Source: Hydrurus foetidus (taxonomy: Eukaryota). From it: a stretch of 64,000 nucleotides of DNA. Made by a program: the position numbers and the translations under genes. Shown here one piece after another: positions 47,848 to 60,889 of this stretch (within the stretch, counting starts at the first letter, position 1; each line of letters begins with the position of its first letter). Location of the stretch: contig UYFQ01000068.1 in assembly GCA_900617105.1 (NCBI GenBank), forward strand, positions 1 through 64,000. Reading direction: 5' to 3'. A model generated the notes under the pieces. It was not told where the DNA came from. It saw only the letters and a list, made by a program, of their open reading frames with translations, and made no database searches.

Positions 47848-49132
47848 TATTGGCAGTTGGAAACTGAAGAAATGGAAGATGAAAATGACAGAGAAAAAGA
47901 CGAAGAGAAAAATCTTTTTAATTTTACTATTGCTCAATTTCTCTTTCGTTCTTTCTAATGTATCATATTCTATTCAATGCCTTCTCCTCTCCTCTCCTCC
48001 TTGTTACATTATTTGACCATGTAACTATTTACAGAAATCTTTCTTGAAAATTTTTCTTATTGATGACAGTCGTCTCTGTGGTGGACCGATCCACGTGGAA
48101 AAAATTCCTCACCAGAGTTGGTGACATTAATTAAAAATTTTGAAAAAAGTTCGTGACTGAACGTACAGCTATTCATGTGCTGTGAGACAATTTGATGTAC
48201 AAAAAGTGGATTTGAACTTATTGCTTTGGAGATATGGGAACGGTAGTACGCTATTCTAGAAAGTGAAGATGATTTACCCGTTACTTCAGACGGGATGACG
48301 ATTTCAAATATTTGTATTTGTATTTTGTATCCAGCCCCAGGCTTTCTCAGTGATGGTCGGGACTCTAGACCTTGATTCCACACCACGTATTTCCTTCATC
48401 ACTAATTCCGTATTTTCTCACTTTATTTAGTCTCTTCTTTTCAAGTTATTGCGATTCGATGACTGGAATAAACTAAGTGCAGCATCAGAATGGTGGTAGA
48501 TACAATATAGGTCATCGCTGCTACAGAGGTGAACAACTCTTTGACACTCTGCTCTCATCTTCTGTGCCTTTTCTTGACGTAAAGTGGAGGTGTTTTTGTT
48601 TTGTTTTACTCCTTCTCATTTTGATATCGTCATTTTCTAAAAAAAATTCACGCACCCCACCATTTTCCAGTTGAATTATCTTCTGCCGTATTGTGTACAG
48701 CACAAAATTGTGTACGTGCTTGTTACACAAGTATTCGGACTTTTAAAAATTCAAAAATAAAAACAAAACCGATAAAAAAATTGATTATTTTTCATAAAAT
48801 CCTGAGAGACTTTCCCGCAATTCTTGAAAAAGTTTTCTAAAACGCATAACACTTTGTATTTTACGCAATTTTAAAATTAAACATTTAGATGTATGCAAAT
48901 AACAAAAAAATCAAACGAATCGATTTCAGTAGTGCAGCAGTAATCAAAAATATTCGTTGAATAAATATTCACTGTTTTACGAATATTTAAACTCAACATC
49001 GATCATCTTATTCATATTAAAGGCACCTAGATAAATGTTCATTAAAGTACGACTGTACCTCAGCAAAATTAAGAAAATGTACATATAACAATAAAACGGA
49101 AAAATAAGAAATTTCCGTAGTTCTACGGGATC

Positions 49133-51441
49133 TTATTGCATCATTTTTAATTTCGGTATTATTTTGCAAAATTTTTCTTCAGTTGATTCTAAATATAATT
49201 TTGGTATTAGATTCTGAACAAACTCAATTGCCGCCTCTTTGTCGAGTAAAGCGATAGTAGGCAGTTTTATGGGGAGAACTAATGATATTGAAAAGGAGAA
49301 ATCTGATGCTGTTACAAGTACTTTTATATCTTTATTTGATGTTATGCTATTGTGTTGATAGCTGTCATTAATGTCATGATTATTACTATTATTATTATTG
49401 TTATTATTATTGCTGTTGTTGTTATTATTATTATTATTATTATTATTAATATTATTATGATTTTTCTTATCATTATTCATTTTTTTATTACTGCTGCTAA
49501 TGTAATTATTATTGTTTTTATTAAGAATAACACTACAAACATCTATCACAGATATTTTCAAATTACACGATACAGGCTTGGCTGACCTTTCACTCAAATT
49601 ATCACCAGAACAGTTAATGTTATTATAACTATTGTTAGCAGGAATGACAGGTAAAACCGCAAAATTCTTTTTGTCAGTTTCTAAATCCGTGAAAATGCCA
49701 AAATCCGATACGGATCCTTGGCGAGAAAAATCGGAAATTCCGTTAAAATCCAAATTTGAATTATTCAAATTATTCGAATTCAGATTTGAAATAATTTCGT
49801 TACTATTACTACCCTCAGGATCTCTAGCCGTAAGTGGCGGTGTACTACCGGTTAAATTATACTGTTGTACGTACGTTACATCCGTACTATTTTTATTTCT
49901 CGAAATTGCTACTGTTCCTCTTCTTTTTTTCAAATTTTGAGCCGTTGGTGTAGGGATGACATTGAGAGGTATGTCTGCTCGGATGCTCAGTAGTACCGTA
50001 GTGTCGCCTGTATATATTATTTTGTATTTTGTATTTTGTATTCAGTATTTTGATATTTATTTGGAAGTATGCGTGTATGTGTTCATGTTTGATAGTGTGC
50101 GCATGATTGCAGCGCATTACATAGGAAAAAATAACTGCCCAGACACAGTGTTATAAAGTGGTCAGAGTATATTACAATGTAACAATATAATACAACACGA
50201 AATGATATGATAAATATACATTACATAGTTATTTCTCAAATAATTATTATATGAGCAACAATTAAGCTGGAGTAAATAAATCAAGTGTAATTTTTCGCAA
50301 TATTAAAGTTTGATTATTTCGACATTTAAATAAGTTTAATTTGATTCGATGTAAAAAAAGTTAAGATGCTATGTTTAATATATCTTCTAAAATCATAAAA
50401 TAATATCCTAGCTTTGAATAACGCGAGTAATTGCAGTAAAATCAAATTATAAACGATTTTATTATATTGCAAAATTTACCGTCAAAGCCGGGTGCTGATA
50501 AAATTTCTGAAGCATTTTCGGCCAAAGTTGATTCCGTGTTCATGCCCGCAATTATTACCGATTTGGTACCTTTTTCGGTGATTTCGTCATCTAAAAAAAT
50601 CACATAAATATGTGGCATCGGATTAGGTAGAAACAAAATAAGAAATAAGATTATATAAGGTTCCGATCTTACTTTTCGGTACAAACAGCATTCAACGCAC
50701 TTACTAAAACTAATATTAAAACTAATACTAAAACTAATACATCTTGTGGTAGTGAAATGTAGGAGATAAAATACAATAAAATAATAAAAGAAACAAACAC
50801 AAATAATAACTTTTACCTGGCAAAAAGATAGTCAAGCATTTGTTGAGATCACAAAATTTAAGGGAAACCATTTTTAACAGTTTTGTGGCCAATACCGTAT
50901 ATTCTTTCAATTCTTTAATTTTCTCTTTTTTAAGTGCAAATTGTAAATCATTTTTTTTCCTTTCAAAATCCATTATTGATCTTTCTTTTACAAAAAAAGA
51001 AAGAGTTGTAAATGCAGAATCCGTAAAATTGATCCAGTTACAAAATCCGTTTTTATCTCTCTTAATAATTTCAGTTATTACTACGGATTCTATTTCCGTG
51101 AAAAGCAAACCCGGAATATTTTTCAAAACATTTGGTATTTTTTCTGCAGTTATGTACGGATTCGATTTTGAAACACACGGAAATGAATCCACTAAATACG
51201 AATTTAGGTCGCTTTCCGTGATTGTGAAAGGTGATTTTTCCTGCATAAAAGTTCGGTTTAAAACGTCAATAGAAATAACCCATAGTGAAACATGACAACA
51301 ATGATCATAGAAATAATAATAAAAATAATAGTAATAATAATAATAATAATAATAGTAGTAGTAATGATAATAATGACAATAATAATAATAATAATAATAA
51401 TAATAATTATAATAATATTAGTAATAATGATAATAATGATA

Positions 51442-51503
<62 letters not shown>

Positions 51504-54036
51504 GAAATGGTAACAATGATTATTTATGGTTGCAAAATCAAATCTGTGAAGATAGGATATGATCAAATCAGATGGAGCTGTGAGATAATAAGTAAAAAAA
51601 AAGAGAAAAAGAATGCAGAACATGCTGTGAAAGAATATTTGGATGAAAATAATAGTAGGCTAACAAAAATAAAGATTGATGGAAAGGTTGCTGAAGATAC
51701 AAATATGAAGTAATACAAGAAAAGGAGGATTAGAAAAGTAAGAAAAAGAAGAAAGAAAACCAAATTTGCCATAAAATGAGAATCAGGAAGAAAATGTAAT
51801 TACCGGTAATGTCTCGAAGATACGGAAAGCGTTTATACGGTTTTGAAAACCTCTGTCACTTTTCATTTTTGGAATTGTTTCGCATGCATAATCAACAAAC
51901 AGCAAATAATCTAGATTACCACCATTTACATCATAACAATCAGCTGAAGAAATTAAATTTAAAATTTGAGACCGATTTAGGTGATACAAAAAGTCAACTT
52001 CAAATATTTTAATGTAAAAATTAATTGGTAAAAATAAAGGAATATTAGGTAGATTGAATTCTTTTTGTAATTTAATCGCTTCTTTTTCTATGCGATTCAG
52101 AAGAGTTTCACGGATTAAATCATCCGTATAATTTGCAAGAAAATCACGCATAATAGATAATTTTCGTGAATGTAATAAAATATCTCGTATTTTATTAGCA
52201 GTTATGATTATAGAATTTTCTTTATGTTGAACTTTCGTATCTATATCATCGATAATAATGATGTTACAGACATTCATATTTTTTTGAATTCCTGACTGAG
52301 TTAACACATCTTCAAGACCTAAAAAAAAAAAAAATATTTGTAATTTAGAGTTAAAAAAAGGAATTAGATTAATTGATATGTGCAATAGCATGCAAAACGA
52401 TTAATTAATTGATGAAAAAATAAGTTGAATTTTTTTTGAAGATATCAGAATAAGAAAGAAAATTGTATTCGAGGAAAATTTTCTTCAACACTAAAAAATC
52501 ATCTTTGTTCAGAATTTTTAATTTAGCAACAACCAAGCGCAATTAAAATTAAGTACCTGATAGAGATGGCGTGGAGTGACTGTGTGTGCGGTTCGTGGAT
52601 AAAGGATGTGCATTTTTCATAACCTCCGTATGCACACGAGTATCCTCATCCTCATCATTTTCATTTTCATTTTCATTTTCAATCTTATCAAAACTCTCAT
52701 TTTCATTTTTGATTTCGCATTCTTTTCTATCATTGCTTTCGTTTGCATTTTCAGAATCTTTTTCATCCGATTTATTTTCACATTTTTCAGTAATGGACGA
52801 CTTAAAAATTAATTTAGTACTATTATGAAAATTCGCAATTTCTGGCAGTATACTGCTTACTTTTTTTTCTTTATTGAATTGATGAGATAAAGAAGAAGGG
52901 GAGAAAGGAGGAGGAGAAGAAAGAGAAAGAGAAAAAGAATTCAGCTGAGTTTTATGTTCGTACTGATTTACTTGCTCGTACGTGCGCACATGTGCATTCT
53001 TATCAATATTCATTTGTTTATTTTTTCCATTATCTTTTATATCACCCATTGAACTTCTCCTTTTTATCATTCCCAATTCAAGATTGTCCTGTGGTATTGT
53101 GGCAGTGAACGCTTTTCTAAATAAAGAAATCGCCTCTAATTTATTTAATCCACCATCAAAATCCAGTAAAGATTCTTTTATTTTAATTAGATAATTTGTA
53201 TGATCTGAATCTTCATTATTTATTTTCGATATTTGTTTTTTCATGTACTTTAAAATTTCTTCTGAATTTTTTATTTCTATTTCAGAAAGAATTTTTGCTT
53301 TTTCTTCTGCCCAATTTTCATTTTTAATTCTTTCTTCAATAGAAGTTGAAGATGCTCTTATAATCTGAAATAGCATCAAATACGTATTACGTTTTAATTG
53401 CAAATAAAAAGTTTGAAATTGTATCAATTTATTATCGTAATTGGTGCTAAATGAAATGCCACAATTATTAGCAATTGGCCTTGACAAATATACAATATTT
53501 TAGAATACAGTGCAGGAATACAACTTACTCTCATTTTCAACGATTAAAAAATATACGTTTTTCAGTGCAAAAAATATAATATTAACAAAACGCAGTACTT
53601 GAAATATTTTTGTCAATATAATGAAAAATCAAAACAAATCGAAAATACTTTTTCTTACCGATAATGTCTTGGCCAATTCTGTCAAACAATTTCTATAATT
53701 TATTTCACCCTCAATATTCACATCAATATCAGACAACATAATCTCAATTTCATAATAAGAAATTTCTTTCTGATATGATGATAGTAGAATTTTTTGAATT
53801 TCAGTAAATGATAAAAATCCTTTTTTTTCGCGGTCAGAAAATTCAAATAATCTTGTCAAAAGATTTTGAATATTTTGAATTTCTAATGAATTAGTTACTA
53901 TATTATTTTGTGATGCATTATTGCTATTATTTGCATTATTCTTATTTTTATTTTCATTATTATTATTATTATTATTATTATCATTATTATTATTATTATA
54001 TTATTATTATTATTATTATCATTATTATTATTATCA

Positions 54037-54100
<64 letters not shown>

Positions 54101-57100
54101 CATTATTATATTATTATTATTATTATTATTAATATTATTCTCATCTACTAGAGTAGCACTGCGTGATCTGAATTGGAAAGATGTTTGCATTTTTCTTACT
54201 CGTTTTTCACGCTCTAAATGTATTAAATTCAAACTTAAAAATTTTACGAAATCATCGAATTCAATCACACCGATACTATTCGGATCGGCTATGACCATTA
54301 ACCCGGTCATCTCGGTGACTGTCATACCTAATTCCAATGAACTTAATAATCGAATAAATTCGTCTAAATCTAACCCACCTGAATGATCACTGTCATATGA
54401 TGCAAACAAAGTGTGTAACTGTTTTTCAAATTCTATACTCGACAATCCTTTTAATAAACTTTCACAACTTAAATCTTTACTTTCGATTATTTCAGCTCTT
54501 CGAAGTAAATTTTTTGGTTTTAATAATAATTTTATTGTATTTGCTATCAAAGGGATAAATTTAAAATAGTCAACAAATCCATCTTCTAGTATTTCCGCAT
54601 CACTCGTCAGCACCATGACTTGTAGTTTTCCTAAATTAACATTTGGTGAATTTTGTAAAATTTCAATTAAACTTTTAAATTGTAATAATCCGGTTAAGAT
54701 AATATTTTTTTTCGTATTATTTCGGCATATTTTTGGTGTTGTTGTATTTTCAACTATACTTTCAATATCATGTTGTGTTATTGGTATTCTATTCAGTATT
54801 TCATAATTTTTACATTCTTGTAGCAATAAAGATTGTAATCCTCCCTGTGATTCAATAATTGCATTTTTCAAAGATTTAAATCGGACTTGTCGTAACACTT
54901 GTAAAAATTTTGAATAAATTATTCTGCCAAAAGGATTCCGTGGGATCAATTGACAAATTTTCGTAATATCAATTTCCGTTATTCCTAGTGAAGAAACATC
55001 GACAAGAATTTTACGGAAATCGGAAAAATTTATAAATCCTAAATCCGTTAAATCTATTTTACGGAATTTTCTAGTACACGAATCTGCTATAAGTTGAAGT
55101 TCCGAGTTCTGCATGGAGTTCATAACTTGAAAATCTGCTTGACTTTCTTGGTCTAAAGTAAGCTCGAGTGCTTCTTCTCTTTGTGGATGATTAGATGGCG
55201 ATTAAGATAATATAATGAGGTGCTATTTGTGTCGAGTGATTGGTTAAAATGAAGTGAGAGGAGTAATGTAGATAGGTTAATTAAAATCAGATGAGATGAA
55301 TATGACAATATAAAATACAGTACAATACGATTCTACAAGACAAGGCCACCATGTGAATAAAAAATAAAAGCAAAGAAGAATCTTCCACTCCATACACCTA
55401 CACAAACACAAAAGCACAGAAGCATAAAAATAAGATAGCTCACTTCGCCTTGAAAGACATCATCATGTCGACCGCCAATGGCACGAACTCCGCGTATTCG
55501 ACTACCCCACTTTCATCGATATCAGCCTCCGTAATTAGCAGTCTCAGTTCTCGGTGAGATATACCGAGATCCATTGTGCCGAGTAAGCTTTGGAATTCGT
55601 CAAATGTTAGATAGCCTGAATGTGTTGTATTACATTATATCTTGTGTTATCTTGTGTTGTCTTGTGTTGAATTATGTTATTACATTATGCATTGTATCAA
55701 ATTATAATATACCATATTACATTATATCGTGATACATGTTATCACATGATATCATTATAAATCTTTTTATATTGTGTTACACGGTATTACATTTTGCTAA
55801 ATTAAATGGTATAAAACTGCACTACACTCTGTTACATTTGTAGCATCAGAGAACATCATACTAAATCACGCAGTCTTGTTTCAATGCTTTAGTTTTATTT
55901 CAATGGATTTCTTACCATTTTTATCCGCGTCAACTTCTTGAAATATTTTAGTAAAAGTTTCTCTCATTCCGATTAAATCAACTTTTCCGTAAGAATTTTC
56001 CGTGAAAATACTCATAGCACCTTTTCTACTTTTTAAACTAAAAGTTTGATCTTCTTTTGCGGTTATTTCCGCTTGAATTTTTTCACTGTTTTTGATGTAT
56101 TTCCGTACTATATTAATAGGTACTAATCTCTCCAATATCATAATATCGAAGTCTTTATTTGCTGCTCCTTTTAACATTATACAGTCATTGTTGTACGTGC
56201 TGTGGAGAGCTTGTATGGTTATTTTATGACCTCTTATTTTTATTTCATTTCCGCTACTGTGATCTGAACTTGCACTTGCAAGAATATCTGAGACCGGAGA
56301 AAAATCTGAAAAAAGAAAAAAGAAAAATGAAAAATGAGAACGAAAAAAGAGAACGAAAAAAGAGAATGAAAAGTGAGAATGAAAAGTGAGAATGAAAAGT
56401 GAGAATGAAAATGTCGACTAAAACGAAAACTAGAAGGGAAAACAGAAAAGGAAGATGACAAAATATACTGAGAATGAGAATAGGAGGAAAATGGAATGAT
56501 GCACAATTATCAGGACAATGACGCTGTCGTTAAATCGATGTGCCTCACTGTTGTAATAGGTCACATAGCATATTTGGAATTACCAGGACAGAATAAAATG
56601 TCCGAAACAAAGAACGAAATCTGTCGATATTGAGCACTGTTGAAATCACCATGTGATTTCCACCTTGGTTTTATTCGTTTTTATCGGACATTTTATTCAG
56701 GCTTGGTAATATTTGTGATGTATATCAGAGTGTTCTATCTCCGTCCAATTCGATCAATGTTACACGGTCTACATCATCTAAAGCAAACAAGATAAAGTGA
56801 TCATACAAAATAGATAATGTATCGCATTGAGTCACATATCAACAAATGTCTATTTCTCATACTGTACTGTTACCTCTAACACTGATGATTTCGTTTACTT
56901 CAATATTTGCACGTACGCATCATCTATTATGTCACCTGATATGGGCTGTGCGTTTACCATCGCATCGATGGGAAGAGGGACGGGCAGAGAACACAAAAGA
57001 ACAGTGTCATCTCCTACCAGTACGTATTGTCGAGTATTTGGTGGGTAAGGAACAGTGTAGGAGCTGATGTTATATTGTGATTATTCATTGAGGCTTATCA

Positions 57101-59455
57101 GTGTATAAAAAATCTCCCTCTTCATAGCAGAACTTAGTGCACTGCAACAGAAGACAATTTCAGATATGACAACGAACGCGTAGATGTGAGAGAGGAAGAC
57201 ACGTGTAGGATATAGAAGAATCAGATCAACTAGAAATAGAGAAAATGGGACCAAAACAATAGAATAGAATGCGATCAGATCAAACAAGTGAGTGCACATA
57301 GACGTTTCTTAACTTCTCAGATCTCATCCTATTTGCAGAGATTCCGAAATAAGAGAAATGACGCAGTCGGATAAAATGTGAAACACGACGAGACAAGACA
57401 AGACAAGACAAGACAAGACAAGACAACACAAGACAACACAACACAAGACCACACAACACAACACAACACGACACAACACAACACAAGACAACACAACACA
57501 ACACAACACAACACAAGACAACACAACACAACACAACACAAGACAAGACAACACAACACAACACAACACAAGACAAGACAACACAACACAAGACAAGACA
57601 AGACAAGACAAGACAAGACAAGACAAGACAAGACAAGACAAGACAAGACAAGACAAGACAAGACAAGACAACACAAGACAACACAACACAAGACGACACA
57701 AGACAAGACAAGACAACACAAGACAAGACAAGACAAGACAAGACAAGACAAGACAAGACAAGACAAGACAAGACAAGACAAGACAAAACAAACAAGTATA
57801 TCGATGAATGAAAAATTTGGGGGGAAAGGGATCAAGGTTCGGGATTGTTTAAAATGTGTGAGCCAGACATTTATCATAAGATACGAATCTTTCGCTTAGT
57901 TTCACACTTCAATTTTTTGTATTTTTTTCTTACCCGGTAGATATATGTGAGGGTGGACCTTGGACCCTCTCTGGAATCCGAGGGAACAAACGTCGAGAAG
58001 ATTTTCGGCTAGTTTCTCCAATTCCTCTTTATTATAGACCTGAAGTAACGGAAATAATTCAGAAGAAAAAATTGTATTGCGTTAAGTGTATTTTTTATTT
58101 TTGTCGATACAGAGTAGAAGGGACTGCAGCTTGGTGCAAACTGTATTCATTATGACAAGCGTAATTGTAATTTGTTAGCGTAAAAGTTATTTTTGATTGT
58201 CGTATATGTGTCTAAAGAAATGCACAATCACGTACGTATTTACATGGCTACATAATACAATAGTACGTCTTTTTAATTATCTTGAAAATCAAATATTTCA
58301 AATAGTGGAACAAATTCAATACAAGAATCACTACGATGAAAACGAAAATACATAGGGAAAATAAAATTGTACTCGACTCCAATTGCGAACGAAAAGAATC
58401 GTTTATCGTGGATTAATTATCGTTACAGAATCGATGATTAATTAGTATTATTGCTGCATTAAATAGTACGAGGTTTTCATTTTAGATATTGTCATACCTG
58501 TTCGACCGAATGTATGTCAAATTTCGTAGCACAAATCTGAAGTATAGTTTCTTTTTGTACGTGCGTATTTCCATCTGCTAATATGTCATAGGTTGCTACC
58601 AAATATGGTATAAATAAATAGTAATCTATTTTGTCATTTACAACTACTGCATCGGACAGAATGACGAATATTTCAAATTTTGTTAACAATCCGACTAATA
58701 AAGAAGACTGTAATACTATAAATAAATCTTCAAAATATAACAATCCTGTGTGATTAAATTTATTTATTCGAATATTTGTCAGAACATTTTTTGTAAAAAT
58801 ATTTTCTTCCATTTTTTTACATTCTTCAATGAAATTTTTCTGAAAATAATTTCCTTGTAATTCTAATAATTTTTGTTTTAATGTATTGTGACGTACGGAT
58901 TTCAAAACCGTACAAAATGTCGCGCATAAAGATCTACCATACGGATCTCGTGGCAAATCTTTGCAAATTTTTATCATTTCTAAATCACTTAAAATAAATC
59001 CGCCAGTCTGTGTGGCGTTTAATAAAACTTTACGAAAATCAGATACTTTCATTATTCCTGAGTTCCCTGTGTCAGATTGTACGAATTTTGCAACACAAAT
59101 ATCGCCTAATTTTTCTAAGTCTTCATTCTTCATGATGTTCTTTATTTCAACATTTAATTTTTCTATTACCTTATTTGCGATTTTTTTACCTACAGAAGTT
59201 TAGAAGAATAATTAGAGCAAATTTTATGGAGAGACTAACGCATAAGTGAATAAAAAAGAGAGAGAAATGGAAAGAAGAAAACGCGAAAAAAAAAGAGGAG
59301 AAGAGAAGAGAGGAGAAGAGAAGAGAAGAAAAGAGAGGAGAGGAGAAGAGAAGAAAAGAGAAGAGAAGAGAAAAAAAAAAAGAAATAAATAAAGAAATGA
59401 TAAAGAAACAAACAAACAAACAAAGAAGGAAAGGAAGAAAGAAGGAAGAAGAAAG

Positions 59456-59486
<31 letters not shown>

Positions 59487-60833
59487 ATAAAAAGAATTGA
59501 AGACAATCAATTCAAATCATGCAAAATAATTGTGCACGGACCTTGATCTCTCGCACGTACGGCAACTACGAGATCGGCAGCATAAGGAAGATAATTGTCA
59601 AAATTGATTATGGCATCATCAATTTTAATGATGTAAGCATCAAATTCATTTTCTGATGCCGCAACACCGATGTCAATATCGGGCCACTTGTCTGATTGAT
59701 AAAATGGATGGTACGGAATGAGAAGAAAAGAGAATGTGATTGGGAAAAAGATGGAAAAATAAAGGGCAACTGAGATTTGGTCAGTAGACATGGCTGAGGA
59801 TGGAGAGCAGAGGAGAGTGATAAGAAAAAGGGGGGGAAGGAAGGCAGGCAGCAAGGGAGAGAGGAAGCATGATGGTAAACCACACAGTGCGCTGCGCTCG
59901 ACAGGAACTATTCTACTCGTCTACATTCCAGTACGGTTGGTGGAATGAATCGCAGCAAATCTTAATAACTCTAATTTCGACACCTCAACCCCCTCCCTCT
60001 AACACATACAATCAGCTCCATTCCCATTGAATGTCCCTGTACTACGTGACTAGACTCACTTATCAGCGTTGCCACTTTTTTATCCAGTTTTCCCAAGGAT
60101 TTTTTCAATTCATTCGAAGTTAAACTGCCTACAAAAAATTGTCGAATACAAAACAAATCAAGACGGAAATAAATGTAATATAAAACAATATAAATAAAAA
60201 TGAAATAAAATGAAATTGGACGAAGTGCAAGGAATGGTTGGATTTCGTTCTCCGATGCTAGTGAAAATACAGTGAAGAAAATGCTGAAAAATGAGGAGGA
60301 ATTGCGCGTAGACTTTTATACCGAATTCAAAATAAAAAACCGTACACACGTGCACGTACATGGGAATATACGTACACGAACAAGTGCTTACACCATACAC
60401 TCATATATACATACACGCATACATGAGTACTTACATATGCACGTACTCACATACAGGTGTACACACACCCATTATGTACGTACGTTCTTATTTATACGAA
60501 CATGTATACTACCGCAGTGAACACACACCCACATACATACGTACGTACACAAAATGGCAAATATGGTGGTACGTTCGTACCTCCTCTTGAGTCCGTGTTT
60601 TTGAAATTTTGAATAATCGCAGATCTCATTTTGTGCACATTGATTTTCAATTTTTCTTCGCTTGCAAATTGCTCAACAACACTTGAACAATTCACCGCAT
60701 CGTAGTCAGGCTGTGATAACAGTTACGAATGATTATGAAGATAGTAATAGTAATAATAATAATAATAATAATGATGATGATGATAATAATAGTAATAATA
60801 ATGATAATAATAGTAATGATAATAATAATAATG

Positions 60834-60889
<56 letters not shown>

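Noticed and set aside
48300..48362. Possible hAT-like terminus (tattttgtatccagcccc and cagtgatgg)
   Set aside because: No matching second TIR or TSD could be identified.
57280..57899. Long ORFs with CLVLS / TRQDK repeats
   Set aside because: They are translations of a pentanucleotide microsatellite inside an intron.
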